64,000 nucleotides of DNA from Bacillales bacterium UBA6380 (GTDB lineage Bacteria; Bacillota_I; Bacilli_A; RFN20; CAG-826), in NCBI GenBank assembly GCA_002438785.1, contig DJQS01000007.1, forward strand, positions 6,194-70,193, read 5' to 3'. Below the pieces are notes generated by a model. The model made no database searches and was not told where the DNA came from. It saw only the letters and a list, made by a program, of their open reading frames with translations. Numbering within the stretch: position 1 is the stretch's first letter; each line of letters opens with the position of its first letter. This document shows, in pieces, positions 26,307 to 35,903 of this stretch. The position numbers and the translations under genes were made by a program.

Positions 26307-29271
26307 TTAATGGCTTACTTATTAAGTAATTATATAGTTCATTTTTGACTGGTATTTCTAATTTTAACTTAAATTGTACGACTTTTGTTTTAATTATATT
26401 TCCGTTTTCTTTTTCTATTGGACATCCATCAAGTTTTACCTGTCCTAAATAATAAAATGAATTATCTTTATCTTTACTTTCCCCAAGTTTATTTATAACA
26501 CTATCTCTTTTTATAAATAATAGTACCCTACCATCATTATTAAAAATATTAATTAATGATTTAATTTCTTCGCTTTTTAATGTTCTATTACTTTTTGAGT
26601 CCCATAAAAAGGTATTTGGGTTTAAAAAGATATCTTTATAATTTATTGAAGCGTCATCATCTAAATCTTTATGATAAGTAACAAATATTGGAACAATATT
26701 AAGATTTTTAAATATCTTATACCCATAAATAGTAGATTCTTCATTTTTTGGATTATTTATTAAATAACATACATCCTTACGTGTATATTTTTCATATAAA
26801 ACAAAATTATTGATTGAATTATCGAATTTTTTAAAATAACGATGATGTGAGTACAAAGAATAATTGATGATTTCAAGAAGATATTTCTTAAAGCATTTAT
26901 TATTTAAAGCTAGTAAGAATTCTTTAGTTAATATAATTTCTTTATTATCATTTATTTTACATATTTGAAGTGGCTTTAATTTTGAAGAATTGTTTAATCC
27001 AAAAGAAGTATTTAAAACACTTAAAATACTATTTTTTATTATAGAGTCATAACAATATTTGATCTTTTTAAAAGTACCTAATTTATTTAAGATATCTGCA
27101 AAATCCAATTCTTTTTTATTAAAAATTAACATTTTAATTAATAAAGCTTCATATATTCTTAACCCACTTCCAATGTTTCTCGATAAATAAATTAGAGTGT
27201 CTTTTTCATTAATATTTAAGATTTCTTTTTCATCATTAATTGTAGATAAAAAATTATAATAAGAATCATAACCATTTTGATAAAAATCTAAAAAAGAACG
27301 TCCAGATAAGTTTCCAAGTAAGTCAAATTCGATAAGAGATGGTATCTTGCCTAATCTATTTTTAATATTAATATATTGTTCTTTTATTCTTCTTTTTTCA
27401 GTATTATTTATACTAGCTAAAGATTCAATTATTCGTTTTGTTGATATTTCATCAAATTGAATAATACTTGAACCTGGTAATAGAGGATGAAGATCTTTTT
27501 CACTATGTTTTTGTCCAGAAGTTTTAGTTGCAAATGTTTCTGGAATTAAAAAATTAGATTGATAATTTCCAATAAAATCAATGACAGTTAGATATTCTTT
27601 ATTTATATCTAAACGTAAACCTCTACCAAGTTGTTGAATAAAAATAATAGAAGACTTTGTAGGTCGAAGAAAAATGACTTGATTAATTGAAGGTATATCA
27701 ATACCTTCGTTAAAAATATCACAAGTAATTATCATTTCTAAATATTTTTTATTAAGATCATTTTCTTCTAATAATGATATCGCTTCATTTCTTTTATTAA
27801 GTGAATCTTCTCCTGATAGAAAAATACATTTGATGCCCTTTTGGTTTATTTTTATGGATAACTCCTTGCCTTCTTCTTTATTTGAAACAAATAATAAACA
27901 TTTTAATCGAGGACCAGAATATCCATAGTATCTAGAATTTTGAATGATTTTATTAACTCTTTCATCACATGTTAAATATTTAAAACTAGTTTTATCATCA
28001 ATTGTTATATTATCAATAACTAAATCAGAAACACCAAAATAGTGGAATGGGACGAGCATATTAGCTTCTAAAGCATCATATAATCTTATTTCATATAAGA
28101 TGTTATTATCAAATATTTTATATATATCATATCCATCTAATCTATCTGGAGTTGCTGACATTCCTAAAATATATTTAGGTTTAAAATAATTTAATATATT
28201 TTGATATAAAGTATTTTCGCCAATTCTATGACATTCATCGATAACAATAAAATCAAAAGCAGTTGGATCAAATTGGTTATAATATTTATCTTTACCTAAT
28301 GTCGAAATATTAGAAAATATGAATTGTGCATCATTAAAATCGTGATTATTACCACTTAATAATTTCATTTTTATTTCATTACCAAATACTTTTTTATAAG
28401 ATTCCAAGGATTGTTTTAAAATATTATCTCGATGTGAAATGTATAATAATTTATTTATTTTAAATTTAGTGATGCTTTTAATAGCAAAAGCAGAAGCAAA
28501 TGTTTTTCCGGTTCCAGTAGAAGAGATTAATAAGCCTTTATTATCTCCTTTATTAATTGATTCATTTAATCTATTTATAAAAACCATTTGCATCGAATTA
28601 GGCTTAAATTGTTCATATTGTACTTCATTATTTAAAATATGAGCTTTTATCTTTAAAGAAGATTCGTATTCTTTTTGATATTGATCTAATATTAAAGACA
28701 AAGGAGTCGATAATTTCCAAATTCTATCATATTCATTTAATATATCCTTAATTATTTTTCCATCTTTATTACCAATTATTAGATTATTCCATTCATTATT
28801 TGTTGTTAATGCACTTTGGGTTAAATTGCTACTTCCTATTATTGCTTTATATTCATTATTTTTAAATTTAAAGATATATCCTTTTGTGTGGAATCCAATA
28901 TTATTTGATGAATTTATATAAAAAAGTCTAACATCAATATTTGAATATTGCTGAAGTTCTTTTAAGGCTTTTGGTTCTGTAAAGCATAGATAATTACTTG
29001 TTATGACAGTTCCATGAACCTGTGGATTTCTATTTTGTAATTCTTTAAATATTTCTTTTAATAAACTAAGACCAGAGTCTGTAATAAAGGCAATTGAAAA
29101 ATGAAATTCTTCACATGTTAATAAATTTTCTTTTAAAGAATAAAATACTTTTTTGATATTATCTTTTTCATTAACGTTGTAAATAAATTCGGGTATGAAA
29201 TTAGATTCGACTACCGAATTGTTGTTTAGATATGCATTTATTAAATTATTTAATATCTCGTTATTTTCCAT
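26290..29271 (-). CDS. PLD-family (HKD) nuclease plus SF2 DEAH-box helicase with long C-terminal domain (possibly DUF3427-like)
   Basis: 993 aa; HTKGYIF...IGSSNLT (HxK ... GSxN) near res 128-150; Walker A LLISSTGTGKT; DExH FIVIDECHRIG; helicase-C motifs (FIQQLGRGLR); about 390 aa C-terminal region without recognisable motif. Confidence 0.75.
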   Translation of the reverse strand: MENNEILNNLINAYLNNNSVVESNFIPEFIYNVNEKDNIKKVFYSLKENLLTCEEFHFSIAFITDSGLSLLKEIFKELQNRNPQVHGTVITSNYLCFTEPKALKELQQYSNIDVRLFYINSSNNIGFHTKGYIFKFKNNEYKAIIGSSNLTQSALTTNNEWNNLIIGNKDGKIIKDILNEYDRIWKLSTPLSLILDQYQKEYESSLKIKAHILNNEVQYEQFKPNSMQMVFINRLNESINKGDNKGLLISSTGTGKTFASAFAIKSITKFKINKLLYISHRDNILKQSLESYKKVFGNEIKMKLLSGNNHDFNDAQFIFSNISTLGKDKYYNQFDPTAFDFIVIDECHRIGENTLYQNILNYFKPKYILGMSATPDRLDGYDIYKIFDNNILYEIRLYDALEANMLVPFHYFGVSDLVIDNITIDDKTSFKYLTCDERVNKIIQNSRYYGYSGPRLKCLLFVSNKEEGKELSIKINQKGIKCIFLSGEDSLNKRNEAISLLEENDLNKKYLEMIITCDIFNEGIDIPSINQVIFLRPTKSSIIFIQQLGRGLRLDINKEYLTVIDFIGNYQSNFLIPETFATKTSGQKHSEKDLHPLLPGSSIIQFDEISTKRIIESLASINNTEKRRIKEQYINIKNRLGKIPSLIEFDLLGNLSGRSFLDFYQNGYDSYYNFLSTINDEKEILNINEKDTLIYLSRNIGSGLRIYEALLIKMLIFNKKELDFADILNKLGTFKKIKYCYDSIIKNSILSVLNTSFGLNNSSKLKPLQICKINDNKEIILTKEFLLALNNKCFKKYLLEIINYSLYSHHRYFKKFDNSINNFVLYEKYTRKDVCYLINNPKNEESTIYGYKIFKNLNIVPIFVTYHKDLDDDASINYKDIFLNPNTFLWDSKSNRTLKSEEIKSLINIFNNDGRVLLFIKRDSVINKLGESKDKDNSFYYLGQVKLDGCPIEKENGNIIKTKVVQFKLKLEIPVKNELYNYLISKPLIIDSH

Positions 29272-29425
29272 AATAAAAGCTTAAATTAATTGACTAAAAA
29301 TTACAATAAATTTAGAATGTTAAAAAATGATTTTTATTAATAAAAATAGGTTTTATAACTTATAAAGCGGCAATAAAATTCTTTAATTTTCTTAAGTTTT
29401 ATTAACAAAACTTAGCAGAAATCAA

Positions 29426-30247
29426 CTATTTTTCTAAAATTTTATCTAAAAAATTAATAGATGATTTAACCCAAGTTTGGACATCATCAAAACAATCTTT
29501 TTTATCATTAACAAGTTCAGTATCAATGGATAATCCATGATGACCATGTTGAAAAATAATTGTTTCGTGGTTAACATTGGCTTTATTTAAGGCCTCATTC
29601 ATTAATTTGGTATTAATAATTGGAACACAATCATCTGTTTCAGTCGACCAAATAAAAGTAGGAGGGTAATCATTATCAATGTGATTTTGAATAGAAAGTT
29701 TATTAATTAATTTAATAGAACCTTCAGTAATATTATTTTTAGTATCTTGATGTGTATCATTTAAAAGTGTAATAACAGGATAAGATAAAATAATAGCTTT
29801 AGGTTTTAGGTGTTTTGTATCTAAAATATTTAATAATTTGCCTAATTCATCATAAAGATAACAATAACTAGCAACTAAATGGCCGCCAGCACTACAACCA
29901 ATCATGGTTATTTTATTAATATCGATTTGATATGCTTTATAATTATTATATATATAATCCATTGCAGCGCATAATTCTAAATGAGGAATAGGATATTTAA
30001 CAGTTGAATAATGATCTTTAGTTGAGTAAGTTAATTTACAGGTTACATAATCATTTAATAAAAATGGTAACGCAATTGGATCACCTTCTCGTAATGAATT
30101 CATATTATAAGCTCCGCCAGGAACTATAATTATTGTCTTTTTCTCTCTATAAGAGTCATCATCCCATGTTTTAATAGTAGTAATTTCTAAAATTGGGTCA
30201 TTTTTTAAATTATAAAATTGGTTTAAATGTATTCTTGTTGTATTCAT
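29426..30247 (-). CDS. alpha/beta hydrolase (esterase/lipase fold-3)
   Basis: GCSAGG (GxSxG) nucleophile elbow, HGHHG region; 273 aa. Confidence 0.6.
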   Translation of the reverse strand: MNTTRIHLNQFYNLKNDPILEITTIKTWDDDSYREKKTIIIVPGGAYNMNSLREGDPIALPFLLNDYVTCKLTYSTKDHYSTVKYPIPHLELCAAMDYIYNNYKAYQIDINKITMIGCSAGGHLVASYCYLYDELGKLLNILDTKHLKPKAIILSYPVITLLNDTHQDTKNNITEGSIKLINKLSIQNHIDNDYPPTFIWSTETDDCVPIINTKLMNEALNKANVNHETIIFQHGHHGLSIDTELVNDKKDCFDDVQTWVKSSINFLDKILEK

Positions 30248-30375
30248 AATTTCAATTTATTATTTATTAAAAAAATATCAAACATTATTTTTAAAATAGA
30301 TAAGAATTTTTAAATTATTTATTTGTTTATAGTTCTTTTTAATAAAAATATAGGTACAGCGTTAAATAAATATAA

Positions 30376-30402
30376 TTTACAAATTATTTACAATAGTTTA
30401 CA
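30376..30402 (+). promoter_or_regulatory. Pho-box-like array: TTTACA x3 at 11/10-bp phase upstream of pstS
   Basis: TTTACAaattaTTTACAatagTTTACA, 67 bp upstream of the pstS ATG; resembles Bacillus PhoP box TT(A/T/C)ACA-N5 direct repeats. Confidence 0.45.
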
Positions 30403-30468
30403 TAACATTGGTTTTATCGAAAATTAATAAGATAAATAATTGTGTCGTTGAAAGAAGGGAAAAAAGAT

Positions 30469-31455
30469 ATGAGAAATATTAGAAATTTATTTATATTAGG
30501 ATTAAGTGCATTAGTCCTTGGAAGTTGTGGTCAAACTGATAATACTAGTAAGTTTGATACAAGTAAAAATATTACTTTATATACCAGAGATACAACTAGT
30601 GGTACAAGAGATGGTTTCTTTACAAAAATTGGAATTGAAGATGCTAAAACTGATGATTCTAAATTAAGAAAAGGTGTAACTCAAACTTCAGGTAACTCTG
30701 ATATGATGGCTAAAGTTGCAAATGATACTTATGGTATAGGTTATGCATCATTAGCTGGTGTTGTTGAAGATACAACTGGTAAAATTAAAGGCTTAAAATA
30801 TGAAGGTGTTGAAGCAAATGAAGAAAATGTTCTTAACGAAACTTATAAATTAACACGTAACTTCAATTATATTATTAGAAATGATTATGCTTCTGATGAT
30901 AAAAAAGGTTTAGTAGTTAAAGCTTTCGTTGCCTATATGTTCTCAAAAGATGGTCAACGTACAATGAAAGAGGCTGATGGTATCTTAACTATTTCTGGTA
31001 AAGATTGGACAGAAGTTGCTAAAGATTATGAATCAGTTTTAAAGGATTCTACACTTAATTTTGAAATTAAAGTTGGTGGATCTACTTCAGTTCAAAAAAT
31101 GAGTCAAAAATTAACTAGTAACTTTGCAGCTTTATTAACAAGTAAAAATGTTAAGTTTACACATAATCACGGTGGAAGTGGTGACGCTTATAAATATACT
31201 CAAGGTGCTGATAAGGATAGTACAAATAAATTAGATATAGCTTTCTTAAGTAGAGAATTAAAAGATACTGAGAAGGCTGCAGAAGGTACAAGCGGTAAGA
31301 TGTGTGTTGATGCTATTGTTCCTATTGTAAATAGTGCTAACCCATATTCAGAAACAACAGCTAAGGATCTAGTTGCTATGTATTCAGTCGATGGTAAAAA
31401 TGATGATAAAGTTGACTGTGGTATGTACACTAAATGGAGTGATGTAATTAAATAA
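30469..31455 (+). CDS. pstS: phosphate ABC transporter substrate-binding lipoprotein
   Basis: Start refined to MRNIRNLF... with lipobox LVLGSCG and RBS AAGAAGGG; PstS-like; first gene of the pst operon. Confidence 0.8.
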   Translation: MRNIRNLFILGLSALVLGSCGQTDNTSKFDTSKNITLYTRDTTSGTRDGFFTKIGIEDAKTDDSKLRKGVTQTSGNSDMMAKVANDTYGIGYASLAGVVEDTTGKIKGLKYEGVEANEENVLNETYKLTRNFNYIIRNDYASDDKKGLVVKAFVAYMFSKDGQRTMKEADGILTISGKDWTEVAKDYESVLKDSTLNFEIKVGGSTSVQKMSQKLTSNFAALLTSKNVKFTHNHGGSGDAYKYTQGADKDSTNKLDIAFLSRELKDTEKAAEGTSGKMCVDAIVPIVNSANPYSETTAKDLVAMYSVDGKNDDKVDCGMYTKWSDVIK

Positions 31456-31530
31456 AATCTTTACAAAATCTTTACAATTACTTACTTGTTCATGATATTT
31501 ATAAATAAATTGCTTTAATATAATTGAGCC

Positions 31531-32559
31531 ATGAACAATGTGTTAAGTGAAAATAAAATTTTGAAAAACTCTAATAGAAAGAAGATTATTGATAAAATAA
31601 TGTTCTTTCTATTTTTATTTATAGCTGTTATTTGTGCTAGTGTAATTCTTGTTACAATTGGAGTAGTTTTAATTAAAGGATTAACACCATTTTTTAAAAG
31701 TTATGAAACGAACAATGGTTTAGTAAAACCAAGCTTTGTTAATTTTTTATTTGGCTTTACTTGGACTAGTCACGGAGCATTTTATTTATTAATAAATACA
31801 ATTTACGCGGTTATTTTATCACTTGTTATATCAATACCAGTGTCAATATTAACCGCTTTATTTATTACTAGGATTGCTCCTAAGACTATTGGAGAAATTT
31901 TTAAAAGTGGTATTGAAGTTCTATCTTCGATACCTTCAATTATTTTCGGATTATTTGGACAGATGGTTATTTGTCCAATGGTAAATAATTTTGCAAATTT
32001 ATTTAATTATCAAACTGCAGGTGGAGCAAGTTTACTTTCTGGAATTATTGTTTTAGCATTAATGTCTATACCAACGATTACTGTAGTATCAATTACATCA
32101 ATTCAAGCTGTAGATAAAAAATATATTGAAGGCAGCGTAGCTATGGGTGCTACAAATAGTGAAACTAATTTCAAAGTTGTTTTAACTGGTGCTAGTAGTG
32201 GAATTATTAGTGGAATTATTCTTGGCGTAGGTAGAGCTTTAGGTGAAGCTACAGCAATAAGTTTAGTTATTGGTAATTCATTATATGGCCCTACATTTAG
32301 TTTGTTCAATACAAGTTCAACCTTAACTACTATTATGATGCTTGGTTTGACTGAGGCAAGTGGATTAGAATATGATATAAAATTTAGTTTAGGTATTTAT
32401 TTAATGCTAGTAATTGTTATAACAAACTTTACCTTAAATTATGTTAAAAATAGAATTGCTAATCCTTATAAAAAAGAGATTTGGCTTAAAAAAGCCTTTC
32501 GTTCTTTGATATTTTTTATAAAAACTAAATTTACGGAGAATAAAAATGAAAAAGATTAA
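31531..32559 (+). CDS. pstC: phosphate ABC transporter permease
   Basis: Polytopic permease with ABC transmembrane EAA-type loop; operon position. Confidence 0.8.
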   Translation: MNNVLSENKILKNSNRKKIIDKIMFFLFLFIAVICASVILVTIGVVLIKGLTPFFKSYETNNGLVKPSFVNFLFGFTWTSHGAFYLLINTIYAVILSLVISIPVSILTALFITRIAPKTIGEIFKSGIEVLSSIPSIIFGLFGQMVICPMVNNFANLFNYQTAGGASLLSGIIVLALMSIPTITVVSITSIQAVDKKYIEGSVAMGATNSETNFKVVLTGASSGIISGIILGVGRALGEATAISLVIGNSLYGPTFSLFNTSSTLTTIMMLGLTEASGLEYDIKFSLGIYLMLVIVITNFTLNYVKNRIANPYKKEIWLKKAFRSLIFFIKTKFTENKNEKD

Positions 32560-33829
32560 TCTTAATATATTTAAGAAAAAAGATGATAATTTTTCAAGAG
32601 TTGCTTTAAGTCCTATTAGGAGAGCTAAAGATATTTTTAGAAATTTCTTAACAATGATATTTAGTTTATTTTCATTGTCTTTATTAGTCTATATTGTCGT
32701 TTATATCTGTGTTTCTGGAGGAAAATATTTAACCTGGGATTTTATAACTAGTAATTATAATGAACAATCTTATACGTTAAAAAGCGTTTCTGGTTTTAAT
32801 ATAAATGATGATTTAAGAACTTTTACATTTAAAGATAATAGTGATGGTGTTTATCAATCCAAAAAGTGGGGAGTTTCTTTTAAAGAAAAAAAGGGAAATG
32901 AAGGGAATTATTTGATTTCAATACATGAAGTTTGTGCTAATTCTTATTTTAATGATTTAATTGATTATAATAACAAAGTCTTTTCTACTGGTTATGAAGA
33001 TACTTACGTTTTTTATTTATATGTTGATAATGAAAACGGTGAAGAAGTTGAATGTGATAAAGATAATATTGAAAAATTTGTAGAAACTTTAGATCGTTCT
33101 ACATCAATTGGTAGTTTATCCATACGTACTTTTGGTGGTGGTATTAGAGGAAGTTTATTATCTACATTATATTTAGTATTAATTACATTATTGATTGCTT
33201 TACCTATAGGAACTGGTGGAGCAATTTATTTGTCAATGTTTAGTAAGAAGAACTTACTAAATAAAATAATTAGATCTTTAATTGATATGACTAGTGCTAT
33301 TCCATCTATTATATTTGGCTTTTTGGGTATTTTAATATTTATACCTTTTATTAATTCAACTGCAGGTAGTAATGGTTCTAGTATATTAGCAGGCAGCCTT
33401 ACATTAGTTGTTATGCTTATTCCAACGATTGTTAAAACAACCGAAGAAAGTATTATAGCTTTACCTAAAGGTTATATGGATTCTAGTTTAGCTTTAGGGG
33501 CTAGTAAGACCGAAACGATTTTTAAAATTATTTTACCTAATGCCTTACCTGGCATTGTTACAAGTATTATATTATCAATAGGTAGAATTATTGGTGAATC
33601 TGCTGCTTTAATATTTGTTATGGGCACAAGTGCTGCAGATAATGTATTATTAAATCAATCAGCTACAACTTTATCAACGCACATTTGGATGCTATTAAAT
33701 GCTTCTGAAGTGCCAAATTATGGCTCAGCTTGTGCTGTTGGTATTATTATATTGATTATTGTTTTTATATTAAGTGCGTTATCAAAAATTGTTCAATATA
33801 GATATTACAAAAAAATTAAAAGGGCATAG
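32546..33829 (+). CDS. pstA: phosphate ABC transporter permease with about 150-aa extracytoplasmic insertion
   Basis: 427 aa; TM1, then a long hydrophilic insert, then canonical PstA core (AIPSIIFGFLGIL..., PNALPG). Confidence 0.8.
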   Translation: MKKINLNIFKKKDDNFSRVALSPIRRAKDIFRNFLTMIFSLFSLSLLVYIVVYICVSGGKYLTWDFITSNYNEQSYTLKSVSGFNINDDLRTFTFKDNSDGVYQSKKWGVSFKEKKGNEGNYLISIHEVCANSYFNDLIDYNNKVFSTGYEDTYVFYLYVDNENGEEVECDKDNIEKFVETLDRSTSIGSLSIRTFGGGIRGSLLSTLYLVLITLLIALPIGTGGAIYLSMFSKKNLLNKIIRSLIDMTSAIPSIIFGFLGILIFIPFINSTAGSNGSSILAGSLTLVVMLIPTIVKTTEESIIALPKGYMDSSLALGASKTETIFKIILPNALPGIVTSIILSIGRIIGESAALIFVMGTSAADNVLLNQSATTLSTHIWMLLNASEVPNYGSACAVGIIILIIVFILSALSKIVQYRYYKKIKRA

Positions 33830-33832
33830 ATT

Positions 33833-34591
33833 ATGGAAGAAAAAGAAATTATATTTAAAGTAAAAAATTTAAATTTATTTTATGGTGATAAACAAGCATT
33901 AAAAGATATAAATATTGAAATTTATAAGAATAAAGTGACTGCTTTTATTGGTCCTAGTGGTTGTGGTAAATCTACTTTTTTAAGATGTTTTAATCGTATG
34001 AATGATTTAATTGAAGGATGTAAAGTTACTGGTGAAATACTTTTTAGAGGTGAAGATATTTTAAAAATTAATCCTATTTATTTAAGAACAAAAGTTGGTA
34101 TGGTTTTCCAACAACCTAATCCATTCCCAATGTCTATTTATAATAATGTAGTTTATGGTCTTAAATGTCAAGGAATTAGAAATAAAAAAGAATTAATGGA
34201 GATTTGCATAGATTCTTTAGAAAAGAGTGCTCTTTTAAAAGAAGTTAAAGATCGTTTAAAAGATAGTGCGCTAGCTCTTAGTGGAGGTCAACAACAACGA
34301 CTTTGTATAGCTAGATGTATTGCCTTATCTCCTGATGTTATTTTAATGGATGAACCTACAAGTGCTCTTGATCCAATTGCAACAAGTAAAATTGAGGAAC
34401 TAATTAGAGAATTAAAGAAAGATTTTACAATTATAATTGTTACTCATAATATGCAACAAGCTACAAGAATTAGTGATTATACTGCTTTCTTTATGTTAGG
34501 AGATTTAGTTGAATATTCTAAAACTGAAGAATTCTTCTCTCATCCTAAAGATAAGCGAAGTGATGATTATATCAATGGTAAATTTAGTTAA
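33833..34591 (+). CDS. pstB: phosphate ABC transporter ATP-binding protein
   Basis: Walker [10 protein letters not shown], signature LSGGQQQR, Walker [12 protein letters not shown]. Confidence 0.85.
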   Translation: MEEKEIIFKVKNLNLFYGDKQALKDINIEIYKNKVTAFIGPSGCGKSTFLRCFNRMNDLIEGCKVTGEILFRGEDILKINPIYLRTKVGMVFQQPNPFPMSIYNNVVYGLKCQGIRNKKELMEICIDSLEKSALLKEVKDRLKDSALALSGGQQQRLCIARCIALSPDVILMDEPTSALDPIATSKIEELIRELKKDFTIIIVTHNMQQATRISDYTAFFMLGDLVEYSKTEEFFSHPKDKRSDDYINGKFS

Positions 34592-34603
34592 TGAGGTGAT
34601 TTT

Positions 34604-35236
34604 ATGTATAAAGATGAATTAATAAATAATTTAAAATTATATTGTATTCGAATGATTGAATTAACTTTTAATGATTTAGATAAAGCAATTAATTCAATTA
34701 AAGATAAAAAAGATGATACAGTTAATGATGATGAAGTTGATAATTATCATTTAAAAATTGAATCTAGTGCTTTAAGAATTTTATTAAAAGAAAGTGTTTA
34801 TAGCCAAGATTTACGTGTAGTTACTGGAATATTAAAATTAGTTGATGATATCGAGAGAATTGGTGATCATAGTGAAGACTTATTATGGTGTACATCAAAA
34901 CTAACTGAAGCTGAAAAACATATTGAACTTAAAAGTTTGGATTTATTATTAACTAGTGTAAAAGATATGGAAATTCTTACCTTAAAGGCTTATTTAGGTG
35001 AAGACATTAAACTAGCTCATGAATTAATTAATAGCGATGATAAGATTGATAAATTATATTTAAGTGTTTTAGATGAATTAGAGAAGTTAAAAGATAAGAC
35101 TAAAATGCAAAATTTTATAATTTATACTACTCTTATTGCTAAATATCTTGAACGTGTTGCCGATCATCTTGTCAATATTAATGAATGGATTATATATATT
35201 AAAAATGGTGAATATAAAGGTAAAGTGATAATATAA
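34604..35236 (+). CDS. phoU: phosphate transport regulator PhoU
   Basis: 210 aa, two-repeat helical protein with ERIGDH / ERVADH motifs; operon position. Confidence 0.75.
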   Translation: MYKDELINNLKLYCIRMIELTFNDLDKAINSIKDKKDDTVNDDEVDNYHLKIESSALRILLKESVYSQDLRVVTGILKLVDDIERIGDHSEDLLWCTSKLTEAEKHIELKSLDLLLTSVKDMEILTLKAYLGEDIKLAHELINSDDKIDKLYLSVLDELEKLKDKTKMQNFIIYTTLIAKYLERVADHLVNINEWIIYIKNGEYKGKVII

Positions 35237-35240
35237 AAAT

Positions 35241-35903
35241 ATGAAAAAATTAATTTATTCAATAGAAGATGATAAAGATATATCTTATATAATTAGATTA
35301 GCTTTAGAAAATAGTGGGTATGAAGTTCATAGTTTTTATGATGGCGAATCTTTTTTAAAAGCTTTTAATGAAAAAAAGCCTGATTTAATATTATTAGATA
35401 TGATGCTTCCAAAAATTCAAGGTCAAGATTTGCTTAAAATTATTCGCAATGATAGCTCAAATAATGATATTGATATCATAATTATAAGTGCAAATAAACT
35501 TATAAGCGATAAGGTTGATGGTCTTAATTTAGGTGCTGACGATTATATTGAAAAGCCTTTTGATATTTTAGAACTTATTTCAAGAGTGAATGCTAGATTT
35601 AGAAAAAATAAAAATAGTATTTATCAAATTGGCGATTATACAATTAACGAAGAAAAAAGATCTATTCAAAAAAATGGTGTTTTATATAAATTAACAAATA
35701 GTGAATTTGATATATTACTTATCTTAATTAAAGAAAAGGGTAATATTGTTTCTCGAGATGAACTAATGACTGCATTATGGGGAAATGATGCTAATTATGA
35801 ATCTCGAACGATTGATATGCACATTAGAAATATTCGTAAAAAATTAAATGATCCTGAAATTATCATTACAATGCATGGACTAGGTTATCGAATTAATGAA
35901 TAA
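35241..35903 (+). CDS. OmpR-family response regulator (PhoP/PhoB-like)
   Basis: Receiver domain DLILLDMMLP plus winged-helix C-terminus; adjacent to pst-phoU. Confidence 0.75.
   Translation: MKKLIYSIEDDKDISYIIRLALENSGYEVHSFYDGESFLKAFNEKKPDLILLDMMLPKIQGQDLLKIIRNDSSNNDIDIIIISANKLISDKVDGLNLGADDYIEKPFDILELISRVNARFRKNKNSIYQIGDYTINEEKRSIQKNGVLYKLTNSEFDILLILIKEKGNIVSRDELMTALWGNDANYESRTIDMHIRNIRKKLNDPEIIITMHGLGYRINE

Noticed and set aside
26290-29271. Assigning the PLD-helicase protein to Mokosh type II
   Set aside because: Mokosh uses an SF1 Upf1-like RNA helicase. Here the helicase is SF2 DExH (GTGKT/DECH) with the PLD domain N-terminal. The architecture differs, so it is left unclassified.
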